Source of the DNA: Candidatus Cryptobacteroides gallistercoris | GTDB taxonomy: Bacteria; Bacteroidota; Bacteroidia; Bacteroidales; UBA932 | Assembly: GCA_017694835.1 (NCBI GenBank) | Contig: JADIMJ010000040.1 | Coordinates: 555-64,554 of the forward strand | Direction: 5' to 3' | DNA length: 64,000 nt | Part shown: piece by piece, positions 47,801-56,767 of the stretch | Position numbering within the stretch: position 1 is the stretch's first letter | Layout of the letters: every line of letters begins with the position of its first letter | Translations under genes and position numbers: made by a program | The notes under the pieces: model-generated | Database searches by the model: none | Told to the model about the DNA's origin: nothing | Seen by the model: the letters and a program-made list of their open reading frames with translations, nothing else

Positions 47801-48386
47801 GAAGGTCCTGCTGATCATACCCTCACGGATAATGGTCAGAGGAATAGAAGGAGTCTTCAGCGACCTCGGCGAATTCAAGGTCGAGGGGATATTGTCCGAC
47901 CTTTCGAGGACCAGCGAGGCGCGGCTCAGGACCATAGGAGCCGACCTGATAATAATCGACCCGATAGTCTTCGACTATGCAGGCAGAGCCGAGGGCCGCA
48001 GCCATATTGCGGAATACACCGATGCTTCGGTGGTGGCCCTTCAGACCATGGCAATGGAAGACGAGATGTGGAAGCAGTACGATGAAGTCATCAACATATA
48101 TGACGCCCCTGCCGTCATAATCAGAAAACTGCGCTCAGCCCTGTCGTCCCATGAGGAATCCCCGAAGTCGGACAGCCTCGAGCTCTCCTCCCGCGAAAAG
48201 GAAATACTCATCTGCGTCGCCAAGGGCATGCTCAACAAAGAAATCGCAGACCTCTATAACATCTCCATCTATACCGTCATTTCCCACAGGAAAAACATCA
48301 CCCGCAAGACCGGCATCAAGACCGTCGCCGGCCTCACCGTCTATGCCCTGCTCAACAATCTCATAGACTCCGGTTCCGTGGAATGA
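47781..48386 (+). CDS. LuxR-type HTH regulator with atypical receiver-like N-terminus
   Basis: LSSREKEIL..KGMLNKEIAD..ISIYTVISHRKNITRK; overlaps hemerythrin gene by 20 nt. Confidence 0.92.
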   Translation: MKNGNSKKVLLIIPSRIMVRGIEGVFSDLGEFKVEGILSDLSRTSEARLRTIGADLIIIDPIVFDYAGRAEGRSHIAEYTDASVVALQTMAMEDEMWKQYDEVINIYDAPAVIIRKLRSALSSHEESPKSDSLELSSREKEILICVAKGMLNKEIADLYNISIYTVISHRKNITRKTGIKTVAGLTVYALLNNLIDSGSVE

Positions 48387-48426
48387 CAGGTCTCGCGCCC
48401 GATGTAGTGGGAATTGCTGTCCGTCT

Positions 48427-49695
48427 TCAGGAATATTTCCGCGGCAGCCGCAGCAGTATCGCCAGCAGCGCGCAGATTCCCATCATGAACGGATAGTACA
48501 GGTGGCCGATGACCGAGACGGCCGACACGCCGGCCAGGCCGGAGGCCATGAGCATCTGTGCCCCATAGGGGATGATGCCCTGTATGAAACACGAGAATGT
48601 GTCAAGGATACTTGCCGTCTTGCGCGGGTCAAGGCCGAATTTTCCGGAAATTTCCCTTGCGATGCGTCCGGAAGTTATTATGGCTACTGTATTGTTCGCC
48701 GTGCACAGGTTGGTGAGACTGACGAGGGCGGCGATGCTGAGCTCCGCTCCTCTTTTCCCTCTGATTCTCTTTGTCAGCAGCCCTGTGAGAAAGTCCAGTC
48801 CTCCGTTGTGCCGGATGAGTTCAAGCATTCCGCCGGCCAGCATTGTCACAATGATCAGTTCGCCCATGCTTCCGATGCCGTCCCCGATGGCCCCGAGCCA
48901 GCCGCTCCAAGAAAGGCTTCCCTGCGCGGCTCCGATGACGGCATTCGCTGAGATGCCGAGAGCCAGCACGGCGACTACATTCACCCCGGCCACTGCAAGA
49001 AAGATGACGAGCAGGTATGGAATGAGCCTGACCCATCCTATCTGCCCGGCTTCAGTCGGGATTTCATTCCCGAGACCTATTATAATATATATTGCAGTGA
49101 CGATGACGGCCGCCGGGGCCACAATCCTGACATTGACCTTGAATTTGCCGGACATCGGACATCCCTGGGTCCGCGTCGAGGCTATCGTGGTGTCGGAGAT
49201 AAAAGACAGATTGTCCCCGAAGAACGCTCCTCCGGCCACTATTGCCGTCATGAAGGGGACGCTTGTCCCGGCCTCCTGCGCTATTCCGGCAGCCACAGGC
49301 ACGAGGGCAACGATGGTCCCCACGCTCGTCCCGATGGACATGGAAATGAAGCAGGCGGCGAGGAAGATGCCTGCATAGACAAATTTCCCGGGAAGAACCG
49401 CCAGTGTGAAATTGACGGCGGCATCTATTGCCCCGATGGCCTCTGCCGTGCTGGCAAAGGCTCCTGCAAGCACGAAAATCCATATCATCAGCAGCACATT
49501 CTTCTCCCCGGCTCCGGATGAGAACACGGATATCTTGTCCTCCGCCGTCCCCGGTGTGATGAGAAGGGCATACGCCGAAGCCAGCAGGAAAGCCGCCGCC
49601 AGCGGAATCTTATAGAAATCGCCTGCAGCCAGGGATGACACGAGATATACGCCGAGAAATACGGCCATCGGGCTCAGGGCGAGCCATCCGTTCAT
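48427..49695 (-). CDS. NhaC-family Na+/H+ antiporter / amino-acid transporter
   Basis: SIGTSVGT, GAFFGDNLSFISDTT, CTANNT, IIPYGAQ; start placed after minus-strand TATCTTTG (49734-49741). Confidence 0.9.
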   Translation of the reverse strand: MNGWLALSPMAVFLGVYLVSSLAAGDFYKIPLAAAFLLASAYALLITPGTAEDKISVFSSGAGEKNVLLMIWIFVLAGAFASTAEAIGAIDAAVNFTLAVLPGKFVYAGIFLAACFISMSIGTSVGTIVALVPVAAGIAQEAGTSVPFMTAIVAGGAFFGDNLSFISDTTIASTRTQGCPMSGKFKVNVRIVAPAAVIVTAIYIIIGLGNEIPTEAGQIGWVRLIPYLLVIFLAVAGVNVVAVLALGISANAVIGAAQGSLSWSGWLGAIGDGIGSMGELIIVTMLAGGMLELIRHNGGLDFLTGLLTKRIRGKRGAELSIAALVSLTNLCTANNTVAIITSGRIAREISGKFGLDPRKTASILDTFSCFIQGIIPYGAQMLMASGLAGVSAVSVIGHLYYPFMMGICALLAILLRLPRKYS

Positions 49696-49824
49696 TTTCT
49701 TATGTCTGTCCGGTATAATTCCCATAACGGGCGCAAAGATACGCCGAAGGTGCGAGCCTTGCAACTCCGGGACCGCACATCGGAATTTTTGCTATTTTTG
49801 CACCGTTCAGGAATTCATCTGAAA

Positions 49825-50433
49825 ATGAAGACAAAAAGTGACCAGAAAGTCTCCGGGACTGGCCCGGAAGTCCCCGGCGGAGAGACATCCGTGCTCCTGC
49901 ACACATGCTGTGCCCCGTGCTCGTCAGCCATTATAGAATATCTCATGAAGAACGGCATCCGTCCCACGGTCTTCTATTGCAATCCCAATATCTGGCCGGA
50001 GGAGGAATACCTCATCCGCAAGAACGAATGTACGCGCTATGCGGCTGCCCTCGGACTTGAAATCGTGGACGCTGACTATGACCATGATGCATGGCGCGAG
50101 GCTGTCTGCGGTCTCGAAGGAGAGCCGGAGCGCGGAGGACGCTGCCTGCAGTGCTTCCGCCTGAGGCTGTGCCGCACGGCAGAATATGCCCATACCCACG
50201 GATTCCATGTCATCACGACCACCCTTGCCTCCTCCAGATGGAAAAGCCTGGACCAGATTAACGAAGCCGGCCGATATGCCGCCTCCCTTTATCCTGATGT
50301 GACATGGTGGGACCGGAACTGGCGCAAAGGCGGCCTTCAGGAGCGCCGGCAGCAGCTCATCCGTGAATATTGCTTCTATAACCAGCAATACTGCGGCTGC
50401 GAGTTCAGCATGGCACGGCAAGACGGGGAATGA
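49825..50433 (+). CDS. queH: Epoxyqueuosine reductase QueH
   Basis: LLHTCCAPCS, NPNI, EPERGGRCLQCF, YNQQYCGCEFS. Confidence 0.93.
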   Translation: MKTKSDQKVSGTGPEVPGGETSVLLHTCCAPCSSAIIEYLMKNGIRPTVFYCNPNIWPEEEYLIRKNECTRYAAALGLEIVDADYDHDAWREAVCGLEGEPERGGRCLQCFRLRLCRTAEYAHTHGFHVITTTLASSRWKSLDQINEAGRYAASLYPDVTWWDRNWRKGGLQERRQQLIREYCFYNQQYCGCEFSMARQDGE

Positions 50434-50435
50434 TA

Positions 50436-50518
50436 CAAAAGATGACCGCCCCGCGTTTCACAACGCAGGGCGGTCGCAATTCTAACCTAAAACTTAACCT
50501 ATGAAAAAACTATTCGCG
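50436..50518 (-). ncRNA. Candidate ~80-nt sigma54-dependent sRNA
   Basis: Upstream -24/-12 promoter, U-rich 5' region AGUUUUUUCAUAGGUUAAGUUUUAGGUUAG, strong terminal hairpin 50444-50475 plus U-tract. Confidence 0.7.
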
Positions 50519-50528
50519 TAAGAAGTAT

Positions 50529-50545
50529 TGCAATCTCTGTGCCAA
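50529..50545 (-). promoter_or_regulatory. Sigma54 (-24/-12) promoter TTGGCACAGAGATTGCA
   Basis: Exact TGGCAC-N5-TTGC spacing on minus strand. Confidence 0.75.
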
Positions 50546-50553
50546 AAGTGGTC

Positions 50554-51246
50554 TCAGAGCAATATTTTCAATATTTCTTTGATGTTTTTTACCTCAATTA
50601 CCCTGTCGGAGTCCGGAATGTCCATCATTTCATGTGCCCAGGTCACTTCATGCGGGACATGGATGGCCGTGCCGCCGATGTTTATGACCGGTGCGATGTC
50701 CGATTTGACGGAGTTGCCCACCATCAGGATTTCTTCAGGACGGAGGTCAAGCTTTGCCGCCATCTCCAGATAGTCTTCCTCGCTTTTCTTTTCCATCACT
50801 TCAATGTGGTGGAAATATTTCTTGAGTCCGGATTCCCTGTATTTGTTCATCTGCTCCGGAAGGTCTCCCTTTGTGGCGACGGCAAGCCTGTACTTTTTTC
50901 CCAGGGCCCCGAGCACTTCCTCAATGCCTTCCTTCAGATGGAATTCATGGTAGGCAAGGTCGTGGATAATCTGCTTGGTCTTCCGGTAGATGCGGCTGTC
51001 GAAGTCTTCCCCGCACAGTTCCGTGGCGGCGTCAAGCATGCCTATCAGGTATGTCTTTGAGCCGTATCCGTAGACCGGAATGTTGTCTTCCTGCTTCTGC
51101 ATCAGCATTTCCACAATCTCCTTTTCAGGGGCGTATGCAGAAAGAAGCAGGGCAAACTTATGCTCTGCTTCCCGGAAGTAACTTTCGTTTTCCCACAATG
51201 TGTCGTCCGCATCGAAGAAAACATATTTGAACTGCGGCGTTGTCAT
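50554..51246 (-). CDS. HAD-family hydrolase
   Basis: FFDADDTLW, ATKGD, MVGNSVKSDI. Confidence 0.92.
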   Translation of the reverse strand: MTTPQFKYVFFDADDTLWENESYFREAEHKFALLLSAYAPEKEIVEMLMQKQEDNIPVYGYGSKTYLIGMLDAATELCGEDFDSRIYRKTKQIIHDLAYHEFHLKEGIEEVLGALGKKYRLAVATKGDLPEQMNKYRESGLKKYFHHIEVMEKKSEEDYLEMAAKLDLRPEEILMVGNSVKSDIAPVINIGGTAIHVPHEVTWAHEMMDIPDSDRVIEVKNIKEILKILL

Positions 51247-51968
51247 TTGCCTGCAACTGTCGTGTCTGCCTGAGTCTCTGCTGCAGAGGAGTCTTTCTCT
51301 GCCTCTGAAGAGCCTTTTTCGGCTGCTGCAGCTTCTGCGTTTACCGGCATGTCAGGACGGATGCTTATAATCTTTATGTCCTTGACAGGCCTGTCTTTGG
51401 CTCCGGTCTGTACTGCGGCTATTCTGTCGATGACATCAAAGCCTTCGAGAGTCTCTCCGAATACGGTGTACTCCCCGTCAAGCTGGGCGCAGGTCGCAGG
51501 GTTCTGTACAATATAGAACTGCGAGCCGGAAGATTCTTTCTTCGGGTTGGCTGCATCGCCCCTCCTGGCTGCGGCAAGCGCTCCTTTCTTGTGGGTGAGT
51601 CCCGGAATAATTTCGGCCGGAATCGTATAGCCCGGGCCGCCGGTCCCGTAAAGGTCGGCTTGGGCAGGGTCCTTTGTGAGAGGGTCTCCGGTCTGGATCA
51701 TGAATCCGTTGATGACCCTGTGGAACAGCACCCCGTCATAGAACCTCTCGGATGCGAGCTTCACGAAGTTGTCCCTGTGAAGAGGGGTCTGGCTGTAGAG
51801 CTTGACTTTGATTGTGCCCATGTCGGTGACAATGTCGAACACAGGCTCTGAAGGAAGGCCTTCGGTGTCGAAGGCCGGACTTTTCTCTTTGTTGCCGGAG
51901 CAGCTGCATGAGACGGCAGCAGATGCAAGGGCGAGCAATACCATTAATCTAACAAACAGGCGTTTCAT
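51243..51968 (-). CDS. Cyclophilin-type peptidyl-prolyl isomerase lipoprotein
   Basis: MKRLF..AVSC lipobox, FHRVINGFMIQTGD, SSGSQFYIV, YTVFG. Confidence 0.95.
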   Translation of the reverse strand: MKRLFVRLMVLLALASAAVSCSCSGNKEKSPAFDTEGLPSEPVFDIVTDMGTIKVKLYSQTPLHRDNFVKLASERFYDGVLFHRVINGFMIQTGDPLTKDPAQADLYGTGGPGYTIPAEIIPGLTHKKGALAAARRGDAANPKKESSGSQFYIVQNPATCAQLDGEYTVFGETLEGFDVIDRIAAVQTGAKDRPVKDIKIISIRPDMPVNAEAAAAEKGSSEAEKDSSAAETQADTTVAGK

Positions 51969-52037
51969 AAATGTGAATTTTGGTTCTGCAAAAATAAGAA
52001 ACACTTTTGAATAAATATGTCTAATTTTGCCGGCATT

Positions 52038-53573
52038 ATGGCAAATCCGTTGAAACAGCTTGCGGGGGAGACCGCGATATACGGGCTGAGCACGATTCTG
52101 GCCCGTGTCATCAACTTTCTTTTTGTTCCGTTCTATACCAGGCTTCTGACGACGGCAAGCTATGGGGTGGTGACGGAATTCATGGCATATATCGCCGTGC
52201 TTCAGGTTGTCCTCGTCCTCGGGCTTGAGACCGGCTGTTTCCGCTTTGCCAACAGGGAAGGCACCGATCCAAGGAAGGTGTATTCCAACGCGTTTCTCTC
52301 GGTCTTTGCAGTAAATGCCGTCTTTCTCGCCCTGATGATATGTTTTGCGGGACCGATAGCCTCGATGCTCGGATATGGCGGCTATGAAAACTGCATAATG
52401 TATGTCGGCGGCATCCTCTTCCTTGACTGCGTCACCGCCATCCTGTTTGCGAAGTACAGGCAGGAGCACAAGGCATTCAGGTTCGCGGTATTCAAGACGA
52501 TAAAAATTCTTACCGAGACAGGGGCCAACCTCGTTCTGTTCTTCTGGTTCCCCGGCTATTGCGAGAGGGCTGCGGCCGCTCTTGGCATCGGCGTCCGGTC
52601 GCTGTCCCCGTCTGATGTCTGGCTCCTGCACTTCATTTCCGCGACTCCGGATTTCACATATGTGATATTCGCAATATTTGTCAGCAGTATCGTGTGTGCG
52701 CTTCTGTTTGTTCCTGAACTGCTCCGGATGAGACTCTCGCCGGACAGGGCCCTGTTCTGGAAAATGCTCGCGTATTCGCTTCCCCTGATGGTCGCCGCTT
52801 TGCCAGGCATTGTCAATGACTTCCTTGACAGAATCCTTTTCAGATATTTCGACACGGGCTCCGAGGTCTGGCAGTCCAGCCTGGGCATATTCCAGGCTGG
52901 CGTAAAGTTGTCGGTCATTATGTCGCTGTTTATCCAGATGTTCCGCTTTGCCGCCGAGCCGTTTTTCTTCCAGAGAGCCGCCGACAAGAATTCAAGGGAA
53001 CTCTATGCTGAGGTCATGAACTGGTTTACGGCCTTCTGCGGCCTCGTCTTCCTTGGTGTCATCCTTTATATAGATGTCATTTCCCTCATATTGGGGAGGG
53101 ACTTCCGGGCCGGTGTCAGCATCGTGCCGATTATGCTGCTGTCCTATATGCTGCTCGGCATGCAGTTCAATGTCTCAATGTGGTACAAGCTTTCCGGCAA
53201 GACATCCTATGCAGTCTGGATTACCCTTGCCGGCCTTGCCGTGACAGCCGCGATAAATGTCATCTTCATGCCGCGATATTCCTATCATGCAGCCGCATGG
53301 GGCCATCTTGCAAGCTATGTCGTAATGCTTGCAATCAATGTATTTCTCGGAAAGAAATATTATCCGATTCCATATAACTGGAAGCTTATTTTCTGCATTT
53401 TTGCCGGCATGGGCATCACCTGGGCCGCTTCGTCCGCTTCATCCCGTTGTCTGTTCCCGGACGCCGACTTCTCCGCCGGAGGCCTTCAGATGGCCGGCAA
53501 GCTCGCCGTCAACACCGTCCTTGTCCTCGGCTATGCCGCATTTTCATGGCTGCTGCTCCGCAGAAGCCGCTGA
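52038..53573 (+). CDS. Wzx-like polysaccharide flippase (MOP superfamily)
   Basis: LAGETAIYGLS, ETGCFRF, FRFAAEPFFF, about 14 TMs. Confidence 0.88.
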   Translation: MANPLKQLAGETAIYGLSTILARVINFLFVPFYTRLLTTASYGVVTEFMAYIAVLQVVLVLGLETGCFRFANREGTDPRKVYSNAFLSVFAVNAVFLALMICFAGPIASMLGYGGYENCIMYVGGILFLDCVTAILFAKYRQEHKAFRFAVFKTIKILTETGANLVLFFWFPGYCERAAAALGIGVRSLSPSDVWLLHFISATPDFTYVIFAIFVSSIVCALLFVPELLRMRLSPDRALFWKMLAYSLPLMVAALPGIVNDFLDRILFRYFDTGSEVWQSSLGIFQAGVKLSVIMSLFIQMFRFAAEPFFFQRAADKNSRELYAEVMNWFTAFCGLVFLGVILYIDVISLILGRDFRAGVSIVPIMLLSYMLLGMQFNVSMWYKLSGKTSYAVWITLAGLAVTAAINVIFMPRYSYHAAAWGHLASYVVMLAINVFLGKKYYPIPYNWKLIFCIFAGMGITWAASSASSRCLFPDADFSAGGLQMAGKLAVNTVLVLGYAAFSWLLLRRSR

Positions 53574-53674
53574 CTGGCATATTATTTTTTTTAAAAATCA
53601 TTATAATTTTACGAAAAAGCCTTATCTTTACCGGAATATTAGTAACAACTATTTAATAACCAAAAATATCTGTT

Positions 53675-56600
53675 ATGTTGAAAACACTGAAGTCTTCATT
53701 GTTCAGGTGCTGTATGGCTGTACTTGCCTTTGCTGCCCTGAATATGCTGACACCTTCGGATGTCTTTGCGCAGAGCGCAAATGACGGGGGGGGCACAGTC
53801 AGCGGTGTGGTAACTGATGATCAGGGTCCTGTAATCGGGGCCGCCGTCATGATAAAGGACGGACAGGGCGGAGTTACTACAGGCTTTGACGGAGAGTACA
53901 CTCTCAGCGGACTCAAGTCCGGAGATGTCATCGTCGTATCCATTCTCGGATACGAAACACAGGAAATCCCTTATGTAGGACAGGCAACCCAGAATGTCCA
54001 GCTGTCCGTTTCCACAGAATTCCTTGATGAAGTCGTTGTGACGGCCCTCGGTATCAAGAGGGAGGAGAAGACCCTTTCCTACAATGTGCAGTCGGTGAAG
54101 TCCGATGAGCTCACTGCGGTGAAGGACGCCAACTTCGTCAACTCGCTCGTCGGCAAGGTCGCAGGTGTGACCATCAACTCAGGAGCCAGCGGCCCGGGAA
54201 GTGCCACGAGAGTCGTGATGCGAGGCATGAAGTCCATCGAGAAGAGCAACACCGTACTCTATGTGATTGACGGTATCCCGATGTACAACAAGAGCTTCGG
54301 AGGAACCGGCGGTGCTATGGAGTCTCCTGTCGGATCAGAGGCAGCTGCCGATATCAACCCTGAGGACATTGAGTCCATCTCCATGCTTACAGGTCCTTCT
54401 GCAGCCGCCCTCTACGGTTCTGATGCTGCCAACGGAGTCATCGTCATCAACACCAAGAGAGGCGCTGAAGGCAAGACTTCTGTCACTGTCAGCAACAGCA
54501 CCACATTCTCTACGGTATACATGATGCCGGAGATGCAGGACCGCTACGGAAAGAGCGGCGGAATGTACAGCTGGGGTTCGGCTCTGCCTGAGGATTACAG
54601 CTATGACCCTCGCAAATATTTCCAGACAGGAACGAATGTCATCAATTCCGTGTCCCTGTCCACCGGAAACGAGAAGAACCAGACATACATCTCCGCCTCA
54701 ACGACAAACACTACGGGTATTGTCCCGGAGAGCCAGTATGACAGGTACAACTTCACTGCACGCAACACCACCAAGTTCGCGAATGACAAGCTCATCCTCG
54801 ACTTCGGTGCCAGCTTCATCATCCAGAGGGACCACAACCTCGTGTCACAGGGTACATACTACAACCCTATCACAGGTCTCTACCTCTTCCCTCGCGGAGA
54901 CGATTTCTCTGAAGTCCAGAACTATGAGCGCTGGAACCCTGTACGCGGTATGATGACCCAGTACTGGCCGTACGGCGACGGCGGACACAACATCCAGAAC
55001 CCTTACTGGGTGCAGAACCGCAACAACAGGGACATGAACAAGCGCCGTTACATGCTCAACGCCTCTCTCCAGTGGAACATCACCGACTGGATGAATGTCA
55101 CCGGCCGTGCAAGACTCGACGAGTCCACATACAAGCAGACCCGCGAGTACTATGCTTCCACGCTCACCACATTCTGCGGAAACAACGGTGGCTACTATCT
55201 CGAGAACAGCTCGGACAGGTCTTTCTACGGGGATGTGATGCTCAACATCGACAAGAAATGGGGCGACTGGAGCCTCATGGCCAATGTCGGAGCTTCCATC
55301 AATGACCAGAGATATTATTCGGCAATGATGACAGGTGACCTGAAGGAAGCAAACTTCTTCTCAGCCAACAACCTTGACATTGCCAACAAGTACAAGAGGG
55401 ACGAGAACGGCTGGCATGACCAGACACAGTCCGTATTCGCATCAGTAGAGGTGGGCTGGAATGATGCCGTATACCTTACCCTTACAGGAAGAAACGACTG
55501 GGCTTCACAGCTCGCGTACTCATCACAGAAGTCATTCTTCTATCCTTCCGTAGGTCTTTCCGCTGTCATTTCCAACCTTGTTGAAATGCCTAAGTGGTTC
55601 GACTTCCTGAAAGTCCGCGGTTCATATTCCCAGGTTGCATCTCCGTCCTCAAGGTGGATTTCCAATCCGAGCCTTGACTACAACGACCAGACGGACCTCT
55701 GGACCCAGAGCAAGACTTACCCTTACAGGGACCTCAAGCCTGAGGACACCCGTTCATGGGAAATCGGTGTCAACATGCGCTTCTTCAAGGGCCTCAGCCT
55801 CGATGTGACATACTACCGTTCCAACACCTACAACCAGACTGTATACGGTGACCTCGCCGCCTCCACAGGCTATGACAACTTCATCGCGCAGACCGGTAAT
55901 GTGCAGAACCAGGGAGTAGAGCTCGCCCTCGGCTACAACAACACCTGGGGTGATTTCACTTGGGACAGCGGCTTCACTCTTACATTCAACGAGAACAAGA
56001 TTGTGGAGCTTGCCAACGACATCGTAAACCCTATCACCGGAGAAAATGTTACTATCACTGAAATCCAGAAAGACTGGCTCGGAGGCGAGAATGTCGCTCC
56101 GCGCGTAATTCTCCGTCAGGGCGGCTCGCTTACCGACATCTATGTGAACAATTTCATCAAGAGAGACCTCAACGGTTATGTGGATGTTGACGCCAACGGC
56201 CGTATCTCGATGGAAAGAACTGACTTTGTCAAAGTCGGCCAGCTTGCTCCTAAGGCCAACCTCGGATGGAGCAATACATTCAGCTACAAGGGCGTATCCC
56301 TCGGAGTAGTCCTCACTGCCCGTATCGGCGGCCTCGTATATTCCGCCACCCAGGGTATCCTCGACTTCTATGGTGCATCTGAAGCGTCTGCCGAGATGAG
56401 GGACAACGGCGGTATTCCTGTCAACTTCGGTCTGCTTGACGCACAGTCATACTATCAGACCATATCCACAGGTAGCGGCGGACATGGAGCATACTATCTG
56501 TATGACGCCACCAACATCCGTCTCCAGGAACTCACCCTGAACTACACTTTCCCGAGAAAATGGTTCAACAACAAGATGGGGCTTACCGTTGGCTTCGTGG

Positions 56601-56746
56601 CAAGGAACCTCGCCATGATCTACTGCAAGGCACCTTTCGACCCTGAACTTTCTGCTTCAACAAGCAGCAACTACTATCAGGGAGTTGACTACTTCATGCT
56701 TCCGAGCACAAGGAACCTCGGATTCAATGTCAAATTCCAGTTCTAA
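53675..56746 (+). CDS. SusC/RagA TonB-dependent transporter
   Basis: LDEVVVTALGI, DINPEDIESIS..AAALYG, RNDW, FFYPSV, C-terminal Phe. Confidence 0.96.
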   Translation: MLKTLKSSLFRCCMAVLAFAALNMLTPSDVFAQSANDGGGTVSGVVTDDQGPVIGAAVMIKDGQGGVTTGFDGEYTLSGLKSGDVIVVSILGYETQEIPYVGQATQNVQLSVSTEFLDEVVVTALGIKREEKTLSYNVQSVKSDELTAVKDANFVNSLVGKVAGVTINSGASGPGSATRVVMRGMKSIEKSNTVLYVIDGIPMYNKSFGGTGGAMESPVGSEAAADINPEDIESISMLTGPSAAALYGSDAANGVIVINTKRGAEGKTSVTVSNSTTFSTVYMMPEMQDRYGKSGGMYSWGSALPEDYSYDPRKYFQTGTNVINSVSLSTGNEKNQTYISASTTNTTGIVPESQYDRYNFTARNTTKFANDKLILDFGASFIIQRDHNLVSQGTYYNPITGLYLFPRGDDFSEVQNYERWNPVRGMMTQYWPYGDGGHNIQNPYWVQNRNNRDMNKRRYMLNASLQWNITDWMNVTGRARLDESTYKQTREYYASTLTTFCGNNGGYYLENSSDRSFYGDVMLNIDKKWGDWSLMANVGASINDQRYYSAMMTGDLKEANFFSANNLDIANKYKRDENGWHDQTQSVFASVEVGWNDAVYLTLTGRNDWASQLAYSSQKSFFYPSVGLSAVISNLVEMPKWFDFLKVRGSYSQVASPSSRWISNPSLDYNDQTDLWTQSKTYPYRDLKPEDTRSWEIGVNMRFFKGLSLDVTYYRSNTYNQTVYGDLAASTGYDNFIAQTGNVQNQGVELALGYNNTWGDFTWDSGFTLTFNENKIVELANDIVNPITGENVTITEIQKDWLGGENVAPRVILRQGGSLTDIYVNNFIKRDLNGYVDVDANGRISMERTDFVKVGQLAPKANLGWSNTFSYKGVSLGVVLTARIGGLVYSATQGILDFYGASEASAEMRDNGGIPVNFGLLDAQSYYQTISTGSGGHGAYYLYDATNIRLQELTLNYTFPRKWFNNKMGLTVGFVARNLAMIYCKAPFDPELSASTSSNYYQGVDYFMLPSTRNLGFNVKFQF

Positions 56747-56767
56747 CAATGCAATGAGGACACAGAT

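Noticed and set aside
51969-52631. 462-aa ORF implying a long N-terminal extension of the cyclophilin
   Set aside because: Extension is antisense to the flippase; true start MKRLF has a lipoprotein signal and its own -7 promoter
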